This document shows positions 9,401 through 18,447 of a DNA stretch of 64,000 bases, in pieces. The notes under the pieces were generated by a model. The model was given only the letters and a program-made list of their open reading frames with translations. It was not told where the DNA came from and did not search any database. Source of the DNA: Candidatus Latescibacterota bacterium (lineage in GTDB: Bacteria; Latescibacterota; UBA2968); the NCBI GenBank assembly GCA_965222605.1, contig OZ244960.1:2624001-2688000 (forward strand), in the 5' to 3' direction. Positions within the stretch are counted from its first letter, which is position 1. Each line of letters begins with the position of its first letter. Made by a program: the position numbers and the translations under genes.

Positions 9401-12400
9401 TTACTTGAGCAGCATCAGCTTCCGCACATCCTGGAACTTCCCTGCCGAAATCTGGTAGAAGTAAACTCCACTCGAAACCGACACACCGCGATCATCCATT
9501 CCGTTCCAGCGAATCTGATAGCGACCCGCATTCTGCGCCTCAGACCCGACCAGCGTCCGAACCACCTGACCCAACACATTGTAAATCTGCAGTGTCACGT
9601 CGGCGGACTCGGCCAAATCGTACTTAATGGTCGTATCCGGGTTAAATGGATTGGGGAAGTTCTGGCGCAAAGCGAACTCTCTGGGCGTGCTCTGGAGTTC
9701 CAACACACCCGCGACCACCGCCGGATTCTGAAGCTGACTCGGGTCAAAGACCAGACCGTCGGCAATTTCAAACCTGGCGTTATCCTCAAACTCGTACAAC
9801 ACGCGGAAGACAAACCGGACAATGTCGCCACCACCGGAAACCGCCGTGCCATTAACGATGCCATTGGCAACCGTAACCTGACCATCGGCAACAATGTGAT
9901 GGAACAGAGGCGTCTCTCCACCTGTTGACTTGAGCAAATCTTCATCGGAAGGAGCAACACTGATGAACTCGAACTTATCGGCATCGTAATTGAGCGCGAA
10001 CCCATAACCGATCAGAGCTTCGACATTGGCAAGCGAGACATCAACAGCCACCAACTCGCCAGCAATCACGCGATCACTACCCAGACTCAGCAAGAATTCA
10101 GCATTCTCATTTATGCCAGGCAGCAAAACGAGAGGCTTGCCAGAAACAGCAGCCGTCTTGCCATACGAGGTGATAAACGCGAGGAAGTCATTAATGTCAA
10201 CCATGCCATCATCGTTGACATCAGCCTGGATATTGTAATTCTCATCACCCGCGCTGCTACCATACGCAGCAACAAGGGCAAGGAAGTCATCCACGCCAAC
10301 TGTCATATCCGTGTCAGAGATGAGATAAACGGCATCGCCGTCAGCATCGACATAAGCCTTACGTCCTTCTTCAGCAGGTTCCTCGACAAAGACAATTTCC
10401 AGATCGCCTGTCGAATTCCCACCACTCGCCGCCGACACCGTTACAGTGCCTTCCGCAGCCATGGTCACAGACAATTTGGCATTGCCGTCTTCATCTGCCG
10501 CTATGGGATCCATATCCACGCCATTCTTGGTAAAGGTAACCATATCGCCAGCATTAAGACCCTCGACCAGGAACGCTACCATGACCTCACCATCAGCGGG
10601 AATCGGGACAGCTTCTTCTCTATCCGTCCAATCTTCACCATTTGGACCCCAGATCGTAAACACAAGATCCAGAGGCTGACTGACGGGAATTGTTATCTCA
10701 TCCGAGAGATTTCGACTGCGCGTATCCGCCGGATCGGTGTTGAGAAATCCATTATCGACCCTGACGCGAACCAGCGCTTCTCCACCATCTCTTTCAAGTG
10801 CGGTGACAGAGAACGTCTGACCACCAGCCACAATCGACCAGTCATCGGGCAGATAGTTGATCAAAGCACTGGAGAGTCTAACATCAAGAGTACTGTACTC
10901 CCGCGCAGTGTTCTTCTCTGCATTCCCCAGGAACTTCTTATTCACCCGGAAATCCAGGATATTCAGGGAGTCAGCACCAGCAGTTTTGGGATCTTGACCA
11001 GAGAACGTCTTCAAAGAGGGGTTGTCAAAATCGTCAACCGGCACCACCTCAAGATCGAAATCACCCCAAACTGCAGACACCTCCTCGCCATCCACCATGG
11101 GAGTTATCCTAAACTCCCGGAAGTCGGCGGCATCAACGGTAATCCCTTCTTTGGTGTTCATAAAGTTCACAACACCTTCTGCGGTCATATCTTTCACAGC
11201 AATAGTGACGTCATTCATCTCCTTTTCTATATTCACGAAAACGGTGCGCTCGCCAATCGTCCAACCATCGCTATTCAACGTGGCAAAACCGCCGCCTTCA
11301 TCGGGCGTCACACCGCCGCCCCAGAATGTCGCCGAAGGTATCATTTCGCCCTCAGAATCCATTGCAACGACCTTCACACCATCATTGGCGTAGGTAATAG
11401 CCGTGATCTTGTCATTCGCTTCGTCAACCGCGACAAGCGTCAACCGCAACGGCTGACCAGCTACCACAGAGTCCATCTGGCCATTGGCAAGTTTTCCGTC
11501 TGCATAACCATAAGCCGCATCAGTCTGGACACCCTTGGCCAGCGTATTATCACGGACGTGGGTATAAATCTTGAACGCACCAGCTTGCGGATTCATGAGA
11601 CCGCTCTCATACGTCAGACCTTCTTGCAGATTACTGAGGTCAACATGCCCTGCAAGGTCTCTAACATAGACTTGCAGATCATAAGTCTCACCCTCCCGAA
11701 GCGCGTCTTCACCCAGGAATTTGATCGTGATATTCTCGTTCTTTAGGTTTGACGTCGCATCAGTACCCCCTAATCCTACTTCAAGAATACCATCAGGACC
11801 ATCGTAGCGAACGAGAATCGAATCCACTAATTCGTTCACGCGGAACCGCGGATTCTGAGTCCCTTCGGGACCGCCGACCTTGTTATTCTCCAGGGCGTCG
11901 GTTCTCGGGAAAAATTTATTCTCATTAATTACGGGAGGCTTGGAATCGAAATACGGTTGCCCACCATCAGGCGTGGCCGACCCCTTGTTACCTGCCATGT
12001 CAAACATAACAACAGTAAGATCCGCGTTTGCACCAGGCTCATCCGGATCAAGATGGGGATTCTTATTCTTACCTTCATTGGCGGCGATATCATGGGGAAT
12101 CTTATCAGGATTTTTCAGGGTAAGACCGGTTATATCATAACCGTTAACCCTGTCCTCATCCTCAAAATCTATCGCATCGCCTGAAAATCTCGAAACCTCG
12201 AGCGTGTCCGGACCTGTGCCACCCGTTTTACCGGCCACACCAATGATAATCCATCCCTCGGACACTTCTTCATGGACTTCGAAATTCAAAGGCTTGAGAT
12301 TCTGAAACTCTTCGCCCCCTCCGAGAAATGTATATCCTGCAGTCCTTGGCAATGCCGTGAAGACTACACTATCGGCAACACTCGGTTTGGGATACAGAAC

Positions 12401-14083
12401 CGTGACTACTGGACGCTTACAATCCAGCAGGAACCGCCCAGATAAACCATCACCATCTACCTCAGCCTGAACAACTTCAGGATCGGCGTTAAGAGCAGCC
12501 TCAGCATCAGCATATTGGGGTCTAGAGTTACCGGCTTTATCTACCACATTTGCCCTAACTCTTACAGACACACCATCAACTGGAACCGTGTCTTTATTTC
12601 TAAACGCGTCATCGTCTGTCGGATCGGATGCGGTATATTTGCGCATAAGCTCATTTTCAGCCACCTGCACCGAGTCCCTCAGTGAATTTCCAAGCTTAAA
12701 TATCTCCGTGGCAGTTACTTCATTCTTATATCCGACCAAAGCTCCGTTTGCCTTGATGACTGTTATGGCATCTCCATCACTATCTGTCCCTTTTGTCAAC
12801 GCTTCCGGCGTCATAATATCAAGCACCACCTTGGCCTCTCTGAAGGCACCGCTAATGGACGCATTGGTCACAATCATCTTACCAATGCCAGCATACCCAT
12901 CTGCGGCAGCAGCCGTCTTGGTTTTGCCCTTGTTACCAATCTCAACACTCAAATCCTGAATGACGCTGGTGAGAGGGATATCGCGGTCAATTTGTATAGA
13001 CTTCCCATCACCGACCACCTCTGAAAAGGCTGAAGGACTCTGAGGGAAAATCGATGTTTTCGTGTCCCTGCTTTCGATAGTTACCGTTACATCCTCACCT
13101 AATCCATCAACACCACCAGACACAAATTCAGCAACAGCATACACATTCGTTACATCTGGCGGGCCGAGGACGTCCTCATTTGGATCCTCTATATTAAACC
13201 GGAACTCCATCGTATCATCTCTACCAGCCCGTGTTCTCCGTTTATAGGCAGGGATGTTAGTGGTGATACGCGGGTCTGCGGTTACATCCTTTGAATCACC
13301 TACAGCACCTACATCACCGACGGCATCAGTGGACGTCAAAGAGTCCGTTCTCACCCGTGAAAAACCCAAATTACTAAGTTCACGGTTATCGTCCTCAACT
13401 GAAAACGCATAAAGTTCCACATCATTAGTCGTGGCACCATCACCATCACCATCATCCTGAGGATCATCGAACAATGAAACCTTGATTGAGTTATAGTTAC
13501 CCCATTGGCTGGATGGACCATCCTTGCGAAGTACCTGAACCTTAACACTGTTTTTATCGGCCTTCGCCCAATCGTCCGGACCATCACCAGGCGATGCGAT
13601 GATAACACGGAACCCTGCAGCATCCACAGCGTTCTTGAGCAGATTTGCTGAATAATCGTTTATGGTAATCGTTCCCTCACCATCTTCAGTCAAATCGCTC
13701 GATCTAGCGGTTACGGTAAACGTTTCGTCGTCAGCATCAGCATCATCAGCCGGATCAACAGTAATTTCAACATCTACTGCTGTGCCCGTTTTTTTATCAG
13801 CTGCAACAGTCACAGTCTCGGTGCCGGTACTAGAGGTGAACTCGCCAGCAGCTGTTTCAAGCGACACCACCACACTATAGGTTTCCTCGGCAGAAGGAGC
13901 CTCATCTAAGATTACGTTCACTTTTACCGTCACAGTCGTACTTTCATCCGTATCCTTTAGAGTGCTCGGACTAATCGAGACAATAGATACTTTCCCTGCA
14001 TCCTGCGCAAAACTGTCTGGCACTCCAAAGCCCACCATGAGCAACAGAGCCGCCAAATAGCCAATTGTCTTGTGAAAATTCAT
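9401..14083 (-). CDS. Very large acidic secreted protein with Ig-like repeats, dockerin-like EF-hand pair, cohesin and FlgD-Ig/T9SS tail (candidate major surface/S-layer-like protein)
   Basis: Signal peptide ...PDSFA-Q; repeated D-x-A-G-N/H Ig-type motifs; ADVNDDGMVDINDF EF loop; cohesin and tail homologous to the neighbouring gene; AGGAGG RBS. Confidence 0.85.
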   Translation of the reverse strand: MNFHKTIGYLAALLLMVGFGVPDSFAQDAGKVSIVSISPSTLKDTDESTTVTVKVNVILDEAPSAEETYSVVVSLETAAGEFTSSTGTETVTVAADKKTGTAVDVEITVDPADDADADDETFTVTARSSDLTEDGEGTITINDYSANLLKNAVDAAGFRVIIASPGDGPDDWAKADKNSVKVQVLRKDGPSSQWGNYNSIKVSLFDDPQDDGDGDGATTNDVELYAFSVEDDNRELSNLGFSRVRTDSLTSTDAVGDVGAVGDSKDVTADPRITTNIPAYKRRTRAGRDDTMEFRFNIEDPNEDVLGPPDVTNVYAVAEFVSGGVDGLGEDVTVTIESRDTKTSIFPQSPSAFSEVVGDGKSIQIDRDIPLTSVIQDLSVEIGNKGKTKTAAAADGYAGIGKMIVTNASISGAFREAKVVLDIMTPEALTKGTDSDGDAITVIKANGALVGYKNEVTATEIFKLGNSLRDSVQVAENELMRKYTASDPTDDDAFRNKDTVPVDGVSVRVRANVVDKAGNSRPQYADAEAALNADPEVVQAEVDGDGLSGRFLLDCKRPVVTVLYPKPSVADSVVFTALPRTAGYTFLGGGEEFQNLKPLNFEVHEEVSEGWIIIGVAGKTGGTGPDTLEVSRFSGDAIDFEDEDRVNGYDITGLTLKNPDKIPHDIAANEGKNKNPHLDPDEPGANADLTVVMFDMAGNKGSATPDGGQPYFDSKPPVINENKFFPRTDALENNKVGGPEGTQNPRFRVNELVDSILVRYDGPDGILEVGLGGTDATSNLKNENITIKFLGEDALREGETYDLQVYVRDLAGHVDLSNLQEGLTYESGLMNPQAGAFKIYTHVRDNTLAKGVQTDAAYGYADGKLANGQMDSVVAGQPLRLTLVAVDEANDKITAITYANDGVKVVAMDSEGEMIPSATFWGGGVTPDEGGGFATLNSDGWTIGERTVFVNIEKEMNDVTIAVKDMTAEGVVNFMNTKEGITVDAADFREFRITPMVDGEEVSAVWGDFDLEVVPVDDFDNPSLKTFSGQDPKTAGADSLNILDFRVNKKFLGNAEKNTAREYSTLDVRLSSALINYLPDDWSIVAGGQTFSVTALERDGGEALVRVRVDNGFLNTDPADTRSRNLSDEITIPVSQPLDLVFTIWGPNGEDWTDREEAVPIPADGEVMVAFLVEGLNAGDMVTFTKNGVDMDPIAADEDGNAKLSVTMAAEGTVTVSAASGGNSTGDLEIVFVEEPAEEGRKAYVDADGDAVYLISDTDMTVGVDDFLALVAAYGSSAGDENYNIQADVNDDGMVDINDFLAFITSYGKTAAVSGKPLVLLPGINENAEFLLSLGSDRVIAGELVAVDVSLANVEALIGYGFALNYDADKFEFISVAPSDEDLLKSTGGETPLFHHIVADGQVTVANGIVNGTAVSGGGDIVRFVFRVLYEFEDNARFEIADGLVFDPSQLQNPAVVAGVLELQSTPREFALRQNFPNPFNPDTTIKYDLAESADVTLQIYNVLGQVVRTLVGSEAQNAGRYQIRWNGMDDRGVSVSSGVYFYQISAGKFQDVRKLMLLK

Positions 14084-14161
14084 CCTATCGACCTCCTAAA
14101 AAAATGTTAGGATCGAGTAAGTATTTGTTTGCGAACGAATTAAACTTACTGCGAAACTGCT

Positions 14162-14186
14162 GAACTGGTCTCAGACCAGTTCCTAC
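14162..14186 (-). repeat. GTAG-type REP variant (GTAGGAACTGGTCTGAGACCAGTTC) in the long leader
   Basis: Perfect 9-bp stem GAACTGGTC/GACCAGTTC plus GTAG foot. Confidence 0.65.
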
Positions 14187-14532
14187 TTTCTCGCGCTGTC
14201 CCTCGTGTTGTTTAAGACCGGACCCCAGAACAGGGTGAGAGCCGCGACCTTTGCGACACAGCGAAGAAGAACTACCGTATTCCAAATTTATATCCCTCCC
14301 TTCAACAGATTTGTTTTCATTTTCTCTATTCCTCACAGAAACAACAGGTTACGAACAACTATAAATTAACCATTTTATTCTAGTACCTCCTTCCAAAAAC
14401 AGCCTAACACACACCAATGCAACATCCTTACAATAGCCTTAAGGAGTAATGCGTTAGGAAGAATCAACACTCCTTCTGTTTTATTTGATGTTCGATTCAT
14501 GAAAACTGCTCCACATTATATATGACGGGCTA

Positions 14533-14561
14533 ATTATATGCAATCAAAAACACAGTGTCAA
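14533..14561 (-). promoter_or_regulatory. Perfect consensus sigma70 promoter for the three-gene surface-protein operon
   Basis: TTGACA-17 bp-TATAAT on minus strand, A-rich UP-like tract upstream. Confidence 0.85.
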
Positions 14562-14589
14562 GCGTTTTTTCATTTGTTTTTAAACCCTG

Positions 14590-14680
14590 TCTGAATCAGG
14601 ATTTACAGGATGATAGGATGGACAGGATAAAAACAAAGGCAAAACCTGCTGGATCGCGGCTTAAACTATGCCGCGAGGAC
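14590..14680 (+). repeat. Composite repeat: CAGGAT array + AAAGGCAAAACC + CGTC-type palindrome TGGATCGCGGC...GCCGCGA; related copies 15938-16061, 23107-23175, 50181-50275, 56419-56526
   Basis: TCTGAATCAGGATTTACAGGATGATAGGATGGACAGGAT nearly identical to 23107-23145. Confidence 0.85.
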
Positions 14681-14908
14681 AACCAAAAGAAGACAGCGAA
14701 TAATTCATAGATGAAGTGGATGAACGCGGCACAGGCGGGGCCTACACAGAATATAACACCTATGTCGTAGCACATCAAGCCATTCTTACATATATCAGCA
14801 ATGACAGGCAAAAATATTCTGGATCGCACGGGACGGCACGGGGACCGTCCCCTACAACATCACAACGCAATGACAAACGGGATGGCACGGGGAACCGTTC
14901 CCTGCGAT

Positions 14909-15181
14909 TTAACGGCTGGAGGGTGCCCGGCCAGATATGGCTTCACGCAATCCCTCAAGCAATCCTTCCAATTTCGCCTGTTGACGCTCCATCGTGCCCA
15001 TCCGCGCTTCCAACCTTTCAAATCGCGCATCCATTTGATCAAGCCGTGTATCCATTTTATCCAAACGCTCATTCACTTGCACTTTGAAATCTCTCAACTC
15101 CTCACAGATATTCTTCTGACCGTTCAAGATCAGACCCGCAAGACCAACGCCAACGGCTATAATTGTTATCATTTCTGTCAT
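14909..15181 (-). CDS. Small membrane-anchored coiled-coil protein
   Basis: Hydrophobic N-terminus then heptads RLDKMDT/RLDQMDA/RFERLEA. Confidence 0.7.
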   Translation of the reverse strand: MTEMITIIAVGVGLAGLILNGQKNICEELRDFKVQVNERLDKMDTRLDQMDARFERLEARMGTMERQQAKLEGLLEGLREAISGRAPSSR

Positions 15182-15208
15182 GACTATCTCATTATTATTA
15201 TAACGCGT

Positions 15209-15829
15209 TTATTTTTCGATACTGTGTTCAAGTCTGCCAATCTCGTCGCGCAGTCGGGCAGCTTCTTCGTACTCTTCAAGCGCGACCGCCTCTTGCAAAC
15301 GCATCTTGAGTGCGACCACCTGCTGTGCCACCTGATCGAGCACCTCTTCGGCGGCATCATCCTCTGCGATAGCCGCTACCATCTCGGCAATATCCTGAGA
15401 CCCCTCACCAGGCACTTGAGCATCTTCCCTCTTGACCGACAGCCCCGCCGCCTCAACCACCTGGTCCGCCACAAAAACCGGCGCACCAACGCGCAAAGCC
15501 AATGCCAGCGCATCGCTCGGGCGCGAATCAATACAAATCGCCTCCCCATCGCGGATGAGCGTTATCTCGGCAAAAAACGTCTCGTCCTTCAACGCAGTGA
15601 CCTGCACCTGCTCAACGTGTACATCGAACCCCTCTAAAATAGTGCGCAACAAATCATACGCAATCGGACGCGGCGGCGGCTCATCGTGAAGCGCCATAAA
15701 AATCGCTACCGCCTCAAAATTGCCAATCGCAATAGGCAAAAAGACCTTTTGATCCTTATCCTTTAACCAGACCAGCGGATGATTGCTATTTGGCTCAAGC
15801 TGCACGGCAACCACTTCCATTTCTGTCAT
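15209..15829 (-). CDS. Bifunctional nuclease (DUF151) domain protein with C-terminal UVR domain
   Basis: LPIAIGNFEA, PPRPIAYDLL, IDSRPSDALALALR; AVALEEYEEAARLRDEI UVR motif. Confidence 0.9.
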   Translation of the reverse strand: MTEMEVVAVQLEPNSNHPLVWLKDKDQKVFLPIAIGNFEAVAIFMALHDEPPPRPIAYDLLRTILEGFDVHVEQVQVTALKDETFFAEITLIRDGEAICIDSRPSDALALALRVGAPVFVADQVVEAAGLSVKREDAQVPGEGSQDIAEMVAAIAEDDAAEEVLDQVAQQVVALKMRLQEAVALEEYEEAARLRDEIGRLEHSIEK

Positions 15830-15970
15830 GTTTAAGAAACCCTTCTGATAAAACAGCAAAGCATCCACAGATGAACACAGATGAACACAGATGAAACACA
15901 AAAACAATATAGAAGGATATAGAGGCAAAAAGCAAGCGGAATCAGGATGTGCAAGATGAGAGGATGAGCA

Positions 15971-16034
15971 GGATAAAAGCAAAAGCAAAGGCAAAACCTT
16001 CTGGATAAAAGCAAAAGCAAAGGCAAAACCTTCT
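15971..16034 (+). repeat. 32-bp tandem duplication within composite repeat, followed by REP-like GCGGCAGGGATGCCGCTCCTAC (16040-16061)
   Basis: GGATAAAAGCAAAAGCAAAGGCAAAACCTTCT twice. Confidence 0.85.
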
Positions 16035-16086
16035 GGATCGCGGCAGGGATGCCGCTCCTACGGGCCAACCAGCCCCCAGCCCCCTC

Positions 16087-16115
16087 TTGACAGCCCGCGC
16101 GTCGCATCGTATCAT
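16087..16115 (+). promoter_or_regulatory. Sigma70 promoter for FGE gene
   Basis: TTGACA-17 bp-TATCAT. Confidence 0.7.
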
Positions 16116-16160
16116 CTTATAACCGTATTCACGCAACCCAATATCCTCAGGAGAATCGCT

Positions 16161-17108
16161 ATGTCCTCCCCCTGCTGCGGTGCGAGCAGACCTGTATCAT
16201 CTAAAAAAAGAAAAACGCGCAAACAAAAAACAAAGCGCAGAAGCGACACATCACTCAAAGGCATGGTCCGCGTATCGGGCGGCACCTTTCTCATGGGAAC
16301 AGACGGCGACGAAGGCTTTGCAGAAGACGGCGAAGGACCCGTGAGAGAAGTTACAGTCGATCCCTTTTACCTCGACACCTGCGCCGTCACCAACGCCGAC
16401 TTTGCCAAATTCGTCCGCGCAACCGCGTACAAAACCGAAGCCGAAAGCTTTGGCTGGTCCTTTGTCTTCCACCTCTTTGTACCCCCCAACACCGCCTCGC
16501 ACATCTCTCGAACCGTCGTAGATACCCCCTGGTGGTGGGCTGTTGACGGCGCGTGCTGGCACCGCCCCGAAGGACCCCGAACAAATATAAACAACCGCTG
16601 GAACCACCCCGCAATCCACATCTCGTGGAACGACGCCATCGCCTATTGCAACTGGGCCGGAAAACGCCTGCCCACAGAAGCCGAATGGGAATTTGCCGCA
16701 CGGGGCGGCTTAAAAAGCATGCACTACCCCTGGGGAGACGACCTCGAACCCCGTGGCAAACACATGTGCAACATCTGGCAGGGCACATTCCCCGAAAAAA
16801 ACAGCAAAGCAGATGGGCACATCGGCACCGCACCCGTCACCTCATTCCCCCCCAACAACTATGGCATCTACAACATCTCTGGCAACGTCTGGGAATGGTG
16901 CAGCGACTGGTTCAGCCCCACCTTTCACCTCAAAAGCGCCGCCGTAAACCCCACAGGACCCCACATCGGACAGGCGAAAAGCATGCGCGGCGGCTCCTAC
17001 CTGTGCCACGACTCCTACTGCAACCGATACCGCGTTGCCGCCCGCAGCGCAAACACCCCGGACAGCTCCACGGGGAACCTGGGCTTTCGGTGTGCGCGGA
17101 ATGCGTAA
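16161..17108 (+). CDS. Formylglycine-generating enzyme (sulfatase-modifying factor)
   Basis: RLPTEAEWEFAARGG, GNVWEW, and active-site RGGSYLCHDSYCNRYRVAAR with both Cys. Confidence 0.92.
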   Translation: MSSPCCGASRPVSSKKRKTRKQKTKRRSDTSLKGMVRVSGGTFLMGTDGDEGFAEDGEGPVREVTVDPFYLDTCAVTNADFAKFVRATAYKTEAESFGWSFVFHLFVPPNTASHISRTVVDTPWWWAVDGACWHRPEGPRTNINNRWNHPAIHISWNDAIAYCNWAGKRLPTEAEWEFAARGGLKSMHYPWGDDLEPRGKHMCNIWQGTFPEKNSKADGHIGTAPVTSFPPNNYGIYNISGNVWEWCSDWFSPTFHLKSAAVNPTGPHIGQAKSMRGGSYLCHDSYCNRYRVAARSANTPDSSTGNLGFRCARNA

Positions 17109-17114
17109 AAGCAA

Positions 17115-17153
17115 AAAAAAAGCGGAAGACGCAAAAACGTCTTCCGCTTTTTT
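17115..17153. terminator. Bidirectional rho-independent terminator
   Basis: AAAAAAGCGGAAGACG-CAAAAA-CGTCTTCCGCTTTTTT between convergent genes. Confidence 0.85.
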
Positions 17154-17215
17154 GAAATAGACACCTGAACACCGCCCCTACACCCACCGTTATTCAAACC
17201 CGTATGTGCCTTTCA

Positions 17216-17797
17216 TCAGAACATCGACAAAACAAGCCCGATATTCACAGTCGCGTATTTCCGGGTCGCTGAATCGCCCAAACAATCCTTATCAAACACG
17301 GAATTCAACTTAACACCCGCATGGAAACCGTACCTGGGAGACTCCAGAGGCTGGTATCGAAGACCAGCACCCAGATATACAAAATTCCTGGCACCATCAA
17401 TAGAGAACCCCGCGCCCTGCCTGCCCACCCCAACAGAAACATATTGCGCCACGGGACACGCCGCATTGAAAAATTGTGCAGCGCATACAGAAGCAGACCA
17501 CGTCGTCGTCTCCAGTGCAGGCGCCATCCCAATATCCACACCAATATTCGTTGTATTATTCAACCAATACGCAGCTTGAATACCCCCATTCCATTTCGAC
17601 AGATCCCCCAGATAGGTCCCCGTCCCCGTATAATCAAAAACGACCGGACGCACAAAACCCGTATAAGGCATAATATCAACCACGGCTGCCCTATCGAACC
17701 GGATATCTCTGGCTGAAGAAACAGAAACATCGGCCATCACACTCGCAACAACAAATAACAGCAAAAAAATTGCTCTGAACCCCTGTTTTGCAGACAT
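17216..17797 (-). CDS. Putative small outer-membrane beta-barrel protein
   Basis: Signal peptide, amphipathic strands, C-terminal ATVNIGLVLSMF beta-signal. Confidence 0.6.
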   Translation of the reverse strand: MSAKQGFRAIFLLLFVVASVMADVSVSSARDIRFDRAAVVDIMPYTGFVRPVVFDYTGTGTYLGDLSKWNGGIQAAYWLNNTTNIGVDIGMAPALETTTWSASVCAAQFFNAACPVAQYVSVGVGRQGAGFSIDGARNFVYLGAGLRYQPLESPRYGFHAGVKLNSVFDKDCLGDSATRKYATVNIGLVLSMF

Positions 17798-17827
17798 GGT
17801 CTTTCTCCTTATAAATATATGACCCCT

Positions 17828-18190
17828 CTAAAAACCTCCTGGATCGCGCGGGACGGCACGGGGACTATCGAACCCCAGATCATTTAGAGCACCTGCAATT
17901 TGTTGTGCCGTAACCGACCCAAAAATGCGATCCTCTTCGCCTGCTCTAACCGCCACATTGCACGAAACCTCTTTCAAAACCTCTGCCAGCGACTCCGCAT
18001 CGCGCACAGCGCGAGACGCCTGGGCTTCGCGTTGCCGGCGCACCTTCTCATACACCGCCATATTGCGCTCATTTGCAATCAACGCCACCGAGCGCGGCAG
18101 CAAAAAATTTCGCGCGTACCCAGCTTTCACCTCAACCACATCGCCAGCATTGCCCAGCGTATCCACATCTGCTATAAGAATAATTTTCAT
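17828..18190 (-). CDS. rplI: 50S ribosomal protein L9, C-terminally truncated by a repeat
   Basis: LGNAGDVVEVKAGYARNFLLP and IFGSVT motifs; after LGFD the frame enters a REP fragment and stops at 120 aa. Confidence 0.88.
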   Translation of the reverse strand: MKIILIADVDTLGNAGDVVEVKAGYARNFLLPRSVALIANERNMAVYEKVRRQREAQASRAVRDAESLAEVLKEVSCNVAVRAGEEDRIFGSVTAQQIAGALNDLGFDSPRAVPRDPGGF

Positions 18191-18195
18191 AATTC

Positions 18196-18447
18196 CTACC
18201 TCACCGAATCATTCACATAAGGCATAAGCGCGAGGAATCGGGCGCGCTTAATAGCGCGCACCAACGCGCGCTGACCCTTTGCACACGTACCCGTCATGCG
18301 CCGGGGGACAATTTTGCCGCGCTCCGTAACAAACCGGCGCAACAAACGATCATTCTTATAATGAACATCCAAACGGTTCGCTTCAAAATGGCAGGCCCTT
18401 GAGTGACCCTCGCAAATATGACAAACCTTCACACGTCCTCTATTCAT
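18196..18447 (-). CDS. rpsR: 30S ribosomal protein S18
   Basis: [35 protein letters not shown]. Confidence 0.93.
   Translation of the reverse strand: MNRGRVKVCHICEGHSRACHFEANRLDVHYKNDRLLRRFVTERGKIVPRRMTGTCAKGQRALVRAIKRARFLALMPYVNDSVR

Noticed and set aside
14190-14270. c-di-GMP-I riboswitch in the surface-protein leader
   Set aside because: GCAAAG and CGGTCTTAA fragments are reminiscent, but the GGCAAA-GAAA tetraloop P2 stem is not recognisable; needs an Infernal search
14085-14336. 83-aa ORF upstream of the largest surface gene
   Set aside because: No motif, no clear RBS, contains a REP; more likely untranslated leader
14801-15637. 278-aa plus-strand ORF, and the many other long antisense ORFs (e.g. 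2167-3009, 3407-4402, 6259-7287, 42919-43770)
   Set aside because: Shadow frames of well-supported genes, favoured by the strong codon and strand bias; no motifs
15830-15994. N-terminal extension of the DUF151 ORF
   Set aside because: Translates intergenic repeat arrays; domain homology begins at MTEMEV (15829)
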